A stretch of DNA of 36,109 bases from Bacteroidota bacterium (GCA_039796915.1 JBDKIU010000113.1:1-36109); one strand, 5' to 3'; shown: positions 8,907 through 18,497, numbered from the stretch's first letter. Translations and numbers: made by a program. The notes: generated by a model from the sequence alone, not told the origin.

Positions 8907-8910
8907 ACCC

Positions 8911-9507
8911 ATGAAGAACAAGCTCAACATCATCCTGTTCGGCCCTCCCGGCGCAGGAAAAGGCACCCAGAGCGAGAAACTGCTGGCACATTTTCAACTC
9001 AAGCACATTTCTACCGGCGACATCCTGCGCGCAGAACGCAAAGCAGGCACCGAACTCGGACAGCAGGCAAATGCTTATATCGAAAAAGGAGCCCTTGTTC
9101 CCGATGCGGTGGTGATTGGCATGGTTGAACAAGTCGTTCGTCAGCATCCGGATGCACGCGGTTTCATCTTTGACGGATTCCCACGCACAGAAGCCCAGGG
9201 TTCCGCACTGGATGAAATGCTGCAGAAGCTCGAGATGAACATCAGCATGGTTCTGGCCTTGCAGGTAGATGAAGAAGAACTTACACGCCGACTGCTGGAA
9301 CGCGGCAAGGTAAGCGGTCGCGCCGATGATCAGGATGAAGCCACCATTCGCAACCGTTTCCGCGTGTATAACAATGAAACAGCACCGCTGCTCAACTTCT
9401 ACCATAACCAGGGCAAGCTGCAGCACATTGACGGCATGGGCACGGTAGAGGAAATATTCTCCCTCTTGTGTCGTTCCATTGAAGATTCCCTTTCCGAAAC
9501 CTACTAA
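8911..9507 (+). CDS. adk: Adenylate kinase (short-LID type)
   Basis: GPPGAGKGTQ, HISTGDILR, FDGFPRT, GRADD; ATG at 8911. Confidence 0.97.
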   Translation: MKNKLNIILFGPPGAGKGTQSEKLLAHFQLKHISTGDILRAERKAGTELGQQANAYIEKGALVPDAVVIGMVEQVVRQHPDARGFIFDGFPRTEAQGSALDEMLQKLEMNISMVLALQVDEEELTRRLLERGKVSGRADDQDEATIRNRFRVYNNETAPLLNFYHNQGKLQHIDGMGTVEEIFSLLCRSIEDSLSETY

Positions 9508-9518
9508 ACCCTGAATCT

Positions 9519-10247
9519 ATGAATCGCAATGCCATCCTGGCGGTAAGCATCGCCGCTGTTTCCCTGAGCATTTCTGCCTGGTTGCTGGGCAACGGCATCC
9601 GCAACAAAGGCCTGCGCGAAAGTGTGGAAGTGACCGGGCTGGCGGAAAAAAACTTCAGCAGCGACCTGATTGTATGGAGGGGCAGCTTCAACAAAATGAA
9701 CATGAGCCTGAAGGATGCCTACCAAATGCTGAAAGATGATGAAGCCAAAGTGAAGGCATACCTGAAAGGTAAAGGCGTGCACGACAGCGCCATCGTATTT
9801 TCCGCCGTGGACATCAGTCAGGAATACGATTACCAGTATTACAACGGAGAAAACCACCGCACTTTTGAGGGCTATAAACTTTCCCAAAGTGTGAAAGTAG
9901 AATCGAAAGACGTGGATGGCATTGAACGGATTTCCAGGGAAGTGACGGAACTGATTGACCAGGGCGTGGAACTGAATTCCCAGTCGCCGGAATATTACTA
10001 CACGCGCCTGGCAGAATTAAAACTGGATCTGATTAAACGCGCTACTGAAGACGCGAAAAACCGGGCACAGAAAATTGTGGATGCAGCCGGATCTTCATTG
10101 GATAAGCTGCAGCGCGCCGATATGGGCATCTTTCAGATCACCGGTTTGCATTCTTCGGAAGAATTTTCCTGGGGTGGCGCCTTCAATACAGATTCGCGCG
10201 AGAAAACCGCACGCATCACCGTGAACCTCAGCTATAAACTGCGCTGA
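9519..10247 (+). CDS. SIMPL domain protein (DUF541)
   Basis: N-terminal anchor, VEVTGLAEK, YYYTRLAELK, ATEDAKNRA, GIFQITG. Confidence 0.9.
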   Translation: MNRNAILAVSIAAVSLSISAWLLGNGIRNKGLRESVEVTGLAEKNFSSDLIVWRGSFNKMNMSLKDAYQMLKDDEAKVKAYLKGKGVHDSAIVFSAVDISQEYDYQYYNGENHRTFEGYKLSQSVKVESKDVDGIERISREVTELIDQGVELNSQSPEYYYTRLAELKLDLIKRATEDAKNRAQKIVDAAGSSLDKLQRADMGIFQITGLHSSEEFSWGGAFNTDSREKTARITVNLSYKLR

Positions 10248-10312
10248 CACCTACAACGGCTTCCCCTGATTTCCATCCGGTTCCCCGCCACCTGTGGTGG
10301 TTCAGCGGAGGC

Positions 10313-11497
10313 TTGTTCCTGCTGCTTGCCTTTCACCTGCCCGATTCCGGCCACGGCTACGACTTTTCATGCTGGTCGGCCTGGATGCGACAACTGGACG
10401 CGCAACCATTCCACCGCATCTATGACATCGACTGCAACTATCTGCCCGGCTACCTGTACCTGCTGAAGTTGCATGTATGGCTGATGGGCAGTGCCGAAGC
10501 AGCCTCGCAGCACCTGCATTACCTGAAATTATATACCCTTTTATTCGATTTGGGCGCGGTATTGCTCATGCTTTCCATGAGCCAACGAACGGAATGGAAC
10601 AACCTCCACTGGGCACTGTTCGTGTTCAATGCCGCCTTCCTGTACAATACGCTGAACTGGGGACAGGTGGACGCCATTCCCGTGTTTTTCACCCTGCTGT
10701 CGCTGAAGCTGTTCCTGCAAAACCGCGCCATCTGGGCACTTCCAGCCTACATCCTTGCCCTGAATGTAAAACTGCAGATGATCCTGTTTCTGCCCATCAT
10801 CTTGTGGTTGTTGTGGGTTACGCTGCGCAGAAAATCATGGATGCATGTGATGCGCACCGGGGTAATTTCACTTGGCTTTCAGAGTCTGCTCATCCTGCCC
10901 TTTCTTCTTGGTGGTTCCATCGTTCCTTTATGGCGTGTAGTAATCGGATCGGTGGGCTTTTTCCAGCGTGTCAGCATGAACGCCTTCAACTTTTGGTATC
11001 TGGTTTTGCCGGAATCAGTAAACCCGGTAATTACCGACGACCAAGGCCTTTGGGTTGCCGGCATCAGCTACCACATCTGGGGCCTTCTTCTGTTGCTGGG
11101 AAGCAGCCTGCTCGGCGCGTGGCTCTTGTTCGGCCAACGACTTATACAAGCCATCAAAAGACGCGTATTCCCAATATTCAGCCAGGATGATTATCTGCTG
11201 GCCGGCAGCATCCTGACATTATGCTTCTTCTACTTCCCCACACAAATGCATGAACGCTACAGCCATCCGGCCTGGCTGTTCCTGGGTTTATGGTCGATCA
11301 GAACCCGGCACTATCTGCCCATCCTCCTATTCAGCCTGGCCTATTTCCTGAATATGGAAATGGTTCTGCGCAGCCTGGAACTCAGACATTACGAAGCCTG
11401 GTTTTTCCAACCCAAATGTGCCGCCATAATGTACGGCATCTTGTTGCTGTACCTGATGAGACAGGCTGTACGCCAGGGCCGCAGTGCTTTATGCTGA
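10313..11497 (+). CDS. Multi-pass membrane glycosyltransferase (GT-C fold, GT87/mannosyltransferase-like); start uncertain
   Basis: NYLPGYLY, WGQVD, NAFNFW, MHERY motifs; many TM helices; frame stays open upstream to CTG 10244. Confidence 0.75.
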   Translation: MFLLLAFHLPDSGHGYDFSCWSAWMRQLDAQPFHRIYDIDCNYLPGYLYLLKLHVWLMGSAEAASQHLHYLKLYTLLFDLGAVLLMLSMSQRTEWNNLHWALFVFNAAFLYNTLNWGQVDAIPVFFTLLSLKLFLQNRAIWALPAYILALNVKLQMILFLPIILWLLWVTLRRKSWMHVMRTGVISLGFQSLLILPFLLGGSIVPLWRVVIGSVGFFQRVSMNAFNFWYLVLPESVNPVITDDQGLWVAGISYHIWGLLLLLGSSLLGAWLLFGQRLIQAIKRRVFPIFSQDDYLLAGSILTLCFFYFPTQMHERYSHPAWLFLGLWSIRTRHYLPILLFSLAYFLNMEMVLRSLELRHYEAWFFQPKCAAIMYGILLLYLMRQAVRQGRSALC

Positions 11498-11502
11498 AGC
11501 AA

Positions 11503-11518
11503 TTGTAAATATTTACAA
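11503..11518. promoter_or_regulatory. 16-bp perfect palindrome upstream of dprA, candidate operator
   Basis: TTGTAAATATTTACAA in the 71-bp intergenic gap. Confidence 0.35.
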
Positions 11519-11568
11519 ACGTTTACACACAACTTGATTCACCGCACTTGCATTGATTTGCCTGCGGC

Positions 11569-12669
11569 ATGCAAGAATCCCTGGTACACCAAATTGCCCT
11601 GCAGCTCGTTCCAGGAGTTGGAGACGTTTTGCTCAAGGCAATGGTGGCTTATTGTGGAGGGGCTGAAGCAGTATTCCGGGAGAAGCAGCACCATCTTGAA
11701 AAGATTCCCGGGGTTGGCCTGCATACGGCCACTGCGGTGAAGCGATTTAATGACTGGGCACGTGCCGAAGAGGAATGTGCCTGGGTGCAACAAAACGGCA
11801 TCCGGGCACTCTTCTTTACGGATACGGATTATCCGTTTCGGCTGAGACATTGCAGCGACAGCCCGGCCCTGTTGTTTGTGAAAGGAAATATGGACCTGAA
11901 CGCGCGGCGCATGATCGGTGTTGTTGGTACGCGCCGAGCCAGCCGTCAAGGCAAAGCACGCACCGTGAGTTTTACCACCGAACTGGCAGCTTACGGTTGC
12001 AGCATTGTCAGTGGGCTGGCCTACGGCATCGACGCGCAGGCACACCATGCCGCGGTGGAAGCCGGAATTCCCACAGCCGCAGTGGTTGCACACGGACTGG
12101 ATGTATTGTATCCGCCCAACCATTACCAGCTTTCCAGAAACATGCTTGCCGGTGGTGGCGCCATCATCAGTGACCAGTTACACGGCATGAAACTCAGTCC
12201 GGAGCATTTCCCCAAACGCAACCGAATCATCGCAGGCTTATGCGACGCGCTGCTGCTGGTGGAAAGCATGACCGACGGTGGCGCAATGATTACCGCAGAT
12301 ATTGCCCTGTCTTACAACCGTGATGTTTTCGCCGTACCGGGAAGACCAGAAGATGAAGCCAGTGCCGGTTGCAACCTGCTGATCAGAAGCAACCGGGCAG
12401 CCTTGGTTTGCGCTGCCAATGACATTGCCGACATGATGGGCTGGAACCAACAAAAAGCATTGGTAAAGCAACAACTCCCCTTGTTTCGGAACCTCAATCA
12501 GGAAGAACAGATCCTCGTTTCCATCCTTCAACACCACAATAAATCGGTGGACGAGTTATTGAATGAAACAGGCTTTTCAGGCAGTAAACTTGCACATCTT
12601 CTGCTCAATATGGAACTTCAGGGCTTAATTACCCAGCTTCCGGGCATGAATTACCAGCTAAACGCATGA
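11569..12669 (+). CDS. dprA: DNA-processing protein DprA
   Basis: VVGTR, IVSGLAYGID, FPKRNRIIAGL, VFAVPGR, GCNLLI, C-terminal winged helix. Confidence 0.95.
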   Translation: MQESLVHQIALQLVPGVGDVLLKAMVAYCGGAEAVFREKQHHLEKIPGVGLHTATAVKRFNDWARAEEECAWVQQNGIRALFFTDTDYPFRLRHCSDSPALLFVKGNMDLNARRMIGVVGTRRASRQGKARTVSFTTELAAYGCSIVSGLAYGIDAQAHHAAVEAGIPTAAVVAHGLDVLYPPNHYQLSRNMLAGGGAIISDQLHGMKLSPEHFPKRNRIIAGLCDALLLVESMTDGGAMITADIALSYNRDVFAVPGRPEDEASAGCNLLIRSNRAALVCAANDIADMMGWNQQKALVKQQLPLFRNLNQEEQILVSILQHHNKSVDELLNETGFSGSKLAHLLLNMELQGLITQLPGMNYQLNA

Positions 12670-14549
12670 TGAAACGCACCATCTTTACCTTCCTTCTGTT
12701 GCGCCTGTTTCTTGCAGGAACAATGGCCCAAAAGGCTGCTCCAAGAAACATCCTCACGCCACATCAAGTGGCTCCGCCGCACTGGTATTGCGGATTCAGC
12801 CGCGAATCACTGGAAATCATTGTCCATGGACCAGATGCCAAATCGTGGGTGATGAGTATGGAACCCTACGAACAGGTGGCCTTTGTTGGAACCAGCCAGG
12901 GTGCTGCCAACGACATCCTTTACCTGAACCTGAATATAGGCCGCGATGCCCGGCCGGGAACCCTGAACTTCCGTGTGAAGATTCCGGGGAAAAGAGGCCA
13001 TCAGGAGTTACGCTGGACCTATGAGCTGAAGGCGCGCAACCGGCAATGGCAGATACAGGCCGGACTCAACAGCGCCGACCTCATGTACCTGATTCTGCCC
13101 GACCGCTTCGCCAACGGCAACCCAACCAACGACCGTCACCCGTTGGCACAACCTGATATTTATTCGCGTGACAGTCTGAAAGGCCGGCACGGGGGCGACC
13201 TGAAAGGCATCCATCAGCATTTGGATTACCTGCAGGAATTGGGCATTACGGCGTTGTGGCTCAACCCTGTTCAATGGAACAACCAACCACGCGAAAGCTA
13301 CCACGGATACGCCATCACCGACCATTACCTCATTGATCCGCGCTTCGGAAGCAATGAAGAATACCTGAAGCTCACGGAAGACATGCGCAGCCGTAAGATG
13401 AAAATGGTGATGGACATCATCCCGAACCACACAGGAAACAAACACTGGATGTTTGAAAGCCGAGATACTGGATGGTATAACGCCTGGCCACAATTTACAC
13501 GTACCAATTATCGGGCATCCGTGATGCTTGACCCTTATGCTTCAGAACATGAACGCAGGCTCAACAGCAATGGCTGGTTTGACCACCACATGCCAGACCT
13601 GAACCAGCGCAACATCCATATCGACCGATACCTCACGCAACTGTACCTGTGGTGGGCGGAATATGCAGGTTTACAGGGCTACCGTATCGACACTTATGCC
13701 TATCCCGATCAGGAATTCATGACCAGATTATGCCAGTCGTTGCTTACGGAATTTCCCCAATTGGGCATTTTCGGCGAAACCTGGGTCAACGGCATGGGAA
13801 CACAGGCCTGGTTCGTGCAAAATAACATCCGGCAAACCCTGAACAGCGGGCTGCCCGGCGTCACCGATTTTCAACTGCTCTGGGCCATACAACATGCCCT
13901 GACCAATAACTTCGGCTGGAACGATGGTCTGAACCGTATTTATGCTACCCTGGCAGAAGATTATTTATATACCGATCCGTTCAAACATTGCATCTTCCTG
14001 GACAACCACGATTTAACACGCATCTTCACCCATCTGAACGGAGACCTGAAGAAATGGAAAATGGGTATCACGCTGTTGCTCACCCTGCGCGGGATTCCCT
14101 GTATTTACTACGGAACAGAGTTGTTGATGGAAGGCAGCACGCATCCTACGGATGCTTTGGTACGCAAAGATTTCCCCGGCGGTTTCCCCGGCGACAGGAT
14201 CAATAAATTCACCGCCGAAGGCAGAACCATTTTGGAACAGGATGCCTTTAACTACATCAGCAAACTGGCAAAACTGCGCCAAGCCGAACCTGCCCTTCAG
14301 GATGGCAAACTCATGCAATTCACCGGAGAAGATGGCACCTGGGTCTATTTCAGATACAATTCCAGAAAAACATTTATGGTGGCATTAAACCAGGAAAACA
14401 CGAGCAAACGAATCCGCACAGCGCGTTTCGCAGAACGGCTCCAAGGATATCAATACTTGTTAAATCCCATCGACGGCACGCGAATTCCCATCACAGATTA
14501 CCTCGAACTGCCGCCCGTGTCGGCACTTATCTTCGAATTGATTCCCTAG
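12666..14549 (+). CDS. GH13 cyclomaltodextrinase/neopullulanase (SusA-like alpha-amylase family)
   Basis: Signal peptide; PDRFANG, HGGDLKGI, SYHGYAITD, DIIPNH, RIDT, GETW, FLDNHD, GIPCIYYGTE. Confidence 0.92.
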   Translation: MMKRTIFTFLLLRLFLAGTMAQKAAPRNILTPHQVAPPHWYCGFSRESLEIIVHGPDAKSWVMSMEPYEQVAFVGTSQGAANDILYLNLNIGRDARPGTLNFRVKIPGKRGHQELRWTYELKARNRQWQIQAGLNSADLMYLILPDRFANGNPTNDRHPLAQPDIYSRDSLKGRHGGDLKGIHQHLDYLQELGITALWLNPVQWNNQPRESYHGYAITDHYLIDPRFGSNEEYLKLTEDMRSRKMKMVMDIIPNHTGNKHWMFESRDTGWYNAWPQFTRTNYRASVMLDPYASEHERRLNSNGWFDHHMPDLNQRNIHIDRYLTQLYLWWAEYAGLQGYRIDTYAYPDQEFMTRLCQSLLTEFPQLGIFGETWVNGMGTQAWFVQNNIRQTLNSGLPGVTDFQLLWAIQHALTNNFGWNDGLNRIYATLAEDYLYTDPFKHCIFLDNHDLTRIFTHLNGDLKKWKMGITLLLTLRGIPCIYYGTELLMEGSTHPTDALVRKDFPGGFPGDRINKFTAEGRTILEQDAFNYISKLAKLRQAEPALQDGKLMQFTGEDGTWVYFRYNSRKTFMVALNQENTSKRIRTARFAERLQGYQYLLNPIDGTRIPITDYLELPPVSALIFELIP

Positions 14550-14559
14550 GGACCGAAAC

Positions 14560-15120
14560 ATGAAAAAACCTCAGGTACAGCAAGAATTAAAGGCCGGTTT
14601 GTTTCTAATCGCAGATCCGTTCCTTGCAGATCCCGGCTTCAGCAGAAGCATCATTTTCCTGGTGTCGCACGATGAATCAGGATCGGTGGGATTTATCATC
14701 AACCAACCCTGCGCGATTAATGTTGGACATGTGGTTGACGGTTTTCCTGAGGAGAAACGTCTGATGTGCGGCGGCCCGGTAGGACAAGACCAGGTGTTTT
14801 TTATTCATACCTGCCCAAATATTTCCGGTGCGTATCCAATTCATGATGAACTTTATTGGGCCGGAGATCCTGATGCGCTCAGAACCGCTGTTGACCGTGG
14901 ATTGCTGCCCCTGAATGAAGTGCTTTTTTTCAATGGCTACAGCGGCTGGGCACCCGGACAACTGGAGGCCGAACTTGAAGACAAAAGCTGGGTGCTTGCC
15001 GACCTGGGAACCCAGCAGCTTTTTGAGCAGGATGAACACCTTTGGAAGAAAAGCCTCCGCGCCCTTGGTGAACCATACCACTGGCTGAGCGAAGCTCCTG
15101 AACATCCGCAACTCAACTGA
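14560..15120 (+). CDS. YqgE/AlgH family protein
   Basis: LIADP, GFIINQP, GGPV, GYSGWAPGQLEAEL, terminal PQLN. Confidence 0.92.
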   Translation: MKKPQVQQELKAGLFLIADPFLADPGFSRSIIFLVSHDESGSVGFIINQPCAINVGHVVDGFPEEKRLMCGGPVGQDQVFFIHTCPNISGAYPIHDELYWAGDPDALRTAVDRGLLPLNEVLFFNGYSGWAPGQLEAELEDKSWVLADLGTQQLFEQDEHLWKKSLRALGEPYHWLSEAPEHPQLN

Positions 15121-15977
15121 TGACACAGCTCCAGGACCTCCGCCGTTCCTTCCTCCAACAAGTAGCACCTGTGCACGGAGCAGGCGAAGCTGCAGCCATG
15201 TTTCGTGAAATCTACCTGCATTACCTCAACAAAGACCTGAATCATCCGGACCTGTACCTTCAACCGGTGGCTGAACATTTTGCGGCGGCGGTGATGCAGC
15301 ATGCCACAGCGCTGGAACAGGGACAACCTTTGCAGTATGTGCTCGGCACAGCCCATTTCCATGGCAAACGCTTCCAGGTAAGTCCGGATGTGTTGATCCC
15401 GCGCCCTGAAACCGAAGAACTGCTGGAATGGATACTGCAGGATCATCCGAGGGAAACACCGCTCAAAATCCTCGATGTTGGCACCGGAAGTGGCTGCCTG
15501 GCGATTAGCCTTGCCGAAGCCTTTCCAAACGCTTCAGTAACCGCTCTGGATGTATCGGCAGAAGCGTTGAACATTGCCGCATTAAATGCACAGAAAATTT
15601 TGGGATTTAATCACCACATCGATTGGAAGCTATTAGATTATTTGATGTTTTTCCCCGATGAACATTATGATTTAATCGTATCAAATCCTCCATATATCGC
15701 TCTGGAAGACCGGCATTTGGTAGATGCGCACGTGGCCCGTTACGAACCTGAACTTGCTTTGTTTGTACCTCGGCAGGATGCTTTAATTTTTTACAGAAGA
15801 ATTGCAGAACACCTGTTGAAATTAAGCGCGTGCACCGTGTATGTAGAGCTTCATGCCGGACGGATGGAAGAAGTGCGTGCCTTATTTCAACAAGCTCATG
15901 CCAACACCACAACCAGCTCCAGAAATGACTTCACAGGAATTCCTCGGATGCTGAAGTGCATAAAAAAAGGGAGTTGA
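15120..15977 (+). CDS. prmC: Release factor glutamine methyltransferase
   Basis: PLQYVLG, VLIPRPETEEL, LDVGTGSGC, VSNPPY. Confidence 0.95.
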   Translation: MTQLQDLRRSFLQQVAPVHGAGEAAAMFREIYLHYLNKDLNHPDLYLQPVAEHFAAAVMQHATALEQGQPLQYVLGTAHFHGKRFQVSPDVLIPRPETEELLEWILQDHPRETPLKILDVGTGSGCLAISLAEAFPNASVTALDVSAEALNIAALNAQKILGFNHHIDWKLLDYLMFFPDEHYDLIVSNPPYIALEDRHLVDAHVARYEPELALFVPRQDALIFYRRIAEHLLKLSACTVYVELHAGRMEEVRALFQQAHANTTTSSRNDFTGIPRMLKCIKKGS

Positions 15978-15990
15978 TAACTCCCTTTTT
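15964..15990. terminator. Bidirectional intrinsic terminator
   Basis: AAAAAGGGAGTT-GAT-AACTCCCTTTTT between convergent prmC and the basic-protein gene. Confidence 0.85.
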
Positions 15991-16009
15991 CTGCTTTTTC
16001 TTTTGAATC

Positions 16010-16633
16010 TTAACCTTTGTTGGCAAGTGATATTACCCCTTCACTGTCCTTTACAAGTTCCCCTGTTTTGTAAATCTGTGACAGTGTGGTAAACATACTT
16101 TGCCTGAAGCTGGTGCGGTTACGTTCGCCCGAACGCTTGAAGAGTTCGGCAATTAAATCCCCGGATTTTACCGGTGCACCAACTTCGTTCATGTAGTTAA
16201 TGATGGATTGTTTTTTGGTAATGCCTCCGCGCTTGAATCCTTTCTTAGGACCGCGTTTCTTGGGCTTACGAGTTCCACCGGTAATGCTTGCGCCTTCCAT
16301 AGAAAAGGTTTTGGCGCTCAATTTACCAAAGGCCTGCTTGGCTTTACGAATGGCGGCAAGTACATGCTGTACTTCCTTCTCCTGACGCACCAGATTCTCC
16401 AGATTTGATGCACGGATGTCGTCAAAAGAAAACCCAATGGAAAGAGATTCAATAGGTGCTTTAGCATTTGCAACTGCACGTTTAACAGCTGCTTTACTCA
16501 CCTTGCGATTTTTTGAACCTACCGGACGTCCCTTGCGTCGGGCAGGTGCTGCAGGCACTTCGCCCGCAGTTGCGGCAGCTTCCCTGAAGGCAGCTTTTTT
16601 ACCCGCTTTTCCTGAATTTTGTTTTGTAGCCAT
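16010..16633 (-). CDS. Highly basic putative DNA-binding / nucleoid-associated protein
   Basis: 207 aa, K/R/A-rich; RRKGRPVGSKNRK and KKRGPKKG motifs; amphipathic central helix; C-terminal winged-helix-like segment; own promoter and terminator. Confidence 0.75.
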   Translation of the reverse strand: MATKQNSGKAGKKAAFREAAATAGEVPAAPARRKGRPVGSKNRKVSKAAVKRAVANAKAPIESLSIGFSFDDIRASNLENLVRQEKEVQHVLAAIRKAKQAFGKLSAKTFSMEGASITGGTRKPKKRGPKKGFKRGGITKKQSIINYMNEVGAPVKSGDLIAELFKRSGERNRTSFRQSMFTTLSQIYKTGELVKDSEGVISLANKG

Positions 16634-16652
16634 TTCTATTTGTTATGTGATG

Positions 16653-16660
16653 CAAATTTA
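16653..16660 (-). promoter_or_regulatory. -7 box of the basic-protein gene
   Basis: TAAATTTG on the minus strand, 19 nt before ATG. Confidence 0.6.
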
Positions 16661-16734
16661 AACACATTAAATTTAAATCAAACTAACAATTCCTGACCCG
16701 GGAATGGCGTTCGGTAAATCCGCCTTTTAATGAA

Positions 16735-16742
16735 TAAGTTTG
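16735..16742 (+). promoter_or_regulatory. -7 box of dxs
   Basis: TAAGTTTG, 12 nt before ATG 16755. Confidence 0.6.
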
Positions 16743-16754
16743 CGCCGAAGTAGC

Positions 16755-18497
16755 ATGCCGGTTCTCGATCAGATAAACAGCCCTGCAGATTTAAAAAAAC
16801 TTAGTCCGGAGGCATTGCCCGAACTAAGCCGGGAGCTCAGAAACTTCCTGATTGAAACCATCCTGCACAGCGGCGGACATTTCGCCGGCAACCTGGGCGT
16901 GGTAGAACTTACCGTTGCTCTTCATTATGTGCTGAATTCACCGGAGGAACCCATTATCTGGGATGTGGGCCATCAGGCTTATGTACATAAAATACTCACA
17001 GGCAGAAAAGAATTACTGAATCAAATAAGGCAAACCCACGGCATCAGCGGCTTTCCAAAACGCGGTGAAAATATTCACGACGTGTTTGGCACGGGCCACT
17101 CCTCCACTGCTATTTCCGCGGCCCTTGGATTTGCTGTGGCACAGCAGGATCAGGCGCCAAACAGTTGTATTTATACCGCCGTGGTTGGCGATGGCGCATT
17201 AACCGGTGGAATGGCATTTGAAGCCTTAAATCACGCAGCACTGAGCAACACACGCCTGCTCGTGGTGGTGAATGACAATAGTATGGGTATTGACCCCAAT
17301 ACCGGAGCCATGAACCAAATGTTGCGCAACATGCAATCTGGCAGCCCCAATTGGTTTACGGAAATGGGGTTTCACTACAGCGGACCGGTTGATGGCCACG
17401 ATGTTCTGTTGCTGGTGCGCACGCTTGAAGCGCTGCGGCATGACTCTTTCCCTCATGTATTGCATGTAAAAACCATTAAAGGAAAAGGTTATGAACCTGC
17501 CGAGAAAGAGCAAACACGCTGGCACAGCACGGCAGCTTATGTAAAACTAGAACCTGCCGACAAACAGCCTGTAAAACAAGTGCCCAAATACCAGGATGTA
17601 TTCGGGGAAACCTTGTGCGAACTGGCTGCGCTGGACCAACGTGTATGCGGCGTTACACCGGCCATGCCATCAGGCAGCGGCATGCGCAAAGCCATGGACC
17701 TGTACCCCGATCGATTTTGGGATGTGGGCATTGCCGAACAACATGCCGTTACTTTTTCCGCAGCCTTGGCCCTGGCAGGAAAAATCCCTTTTTGCAGCGT
17801 TTATTCTACCTTCCTGCAACGCGCCTACGACCAGATTATCCACGATGTGGCCCTGCAACAGGCTCCGGTGATTTTCTGCGTGGACCGCGCCGGACTGGTT
17901 GGAGAGGACGGGCCCACACATCATGGCAGTTTTGACCTGGCCTTTCTGCAACCCATTCCAGGTGTGGTGATTGCAGCCCCAAAAGATGAAGCAGAATTGC
18001 GTGCCCTGATGTACACGGCCATGCAAGACCGAAGCGCGCCCTGGTTCATCCGCTATCCCAAAGGTCATGGAACTGGCATCGCATGGGATGCTGCGCTGAC
18101 GTGCATTCAGCCGGGAACGGGCACCATCCTGCAACAAGGAACGCGAATTGCCTTGCTAACCATTGGAACAACCACTGCCGCAGCCCAGGCTGCAGCGCTT
18201 GCTTCAGGCCTGAACCCAACAGTGGTTCATATGCGTTTTCTAAAACCTTTGGATACCGCATTGTTAAAAGCTGTCATGAATCAACATGAAGTGCTGATTA
18301 CTGTGGAAGATGGAAGCGTTATTGGAGGATTGGGCGCTGCAGTGGCGTCATTCGCTGCTGAGGAACAATGGCAGGGACAAATCATCAAACTGGGAATCCC
18401 GGATTACTTCCCCGCACATGGCCACAACAGCGATTTACAAAAAGAAGCCGGCTATGATACCGCTGGCATCCTGAACGCTTTGCAGACGTTTGCTTAA
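16755..18497 (+). CDS. dxs: 1-deoxy-D-xylulose-5-phosphate synthase
   Basis: WDVGHQAY, GHSSTAISA, GDGALTGG, NDN, DVGIAEQHAV, YSTFLQRAYDQ, GEDGPTHHG. Confidence 0.97.
   Translation: MPVLDQINSPADLKKLSPEALPELSRELRNFLIETILHSGGHFAGNLGVVELTVALHYVLNSPEEPIIWDVGHQAYVHKILTGRKELLNQIRQTHGISGFPKRGENIHDVFGTGHSSTAISAALGFAVAQQDQAPNSCIYTAVVGDGALTGGMAFEALNHAALSNTRLLVVVNDNSMGIDPNTGAMNQMLRNMQSGSPNWFTEMGFHYSGPVDGHDVLLLVRTLEALRHDSFPHVLHVKTIKGKGYEPAEKEQTRWHSTAAYVKLEPADKQPVKQVPKYQDVFGETLCELAALDQRVCGVTPAMPSGSGMRKAMDLYPDRFWDVGIAEQHAVTFSAALALAGKIPFCSVYSTFLQRAYDQIIHDVALQQAPVIFCVDRAGLVGEDGPTHHGSFDLAFLQPIPGVVIAAPKDEAELRALMYTAMQDRSAPWFIRYPKGHGTGIAWDAALTCIQPGTGTILQQGTRIALLTIGTTTAAAQAAALASGLNPTVVHMRFLKPLDTALLKAVMNQHEVLITVEDGSVIGGLGAAVASFAAEEQWQGQIIKLGIPDYFPAHGHNSDLQKEAGYDTAGILNALQTFA

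Noticed and set aside
8770-8910. Extended N-termini in the ORF track (adk 8770, also 6321, 16740, 20435, 22597, 22971, 33236)
   Set aside because: Extensions overlap neighbouring genes or promoter boxes; downstream ATGs give family-typical N-termini
8911-9507. Adenylate kinase without a long LID domain
   Set aside because: Short-type Adk is an established variant
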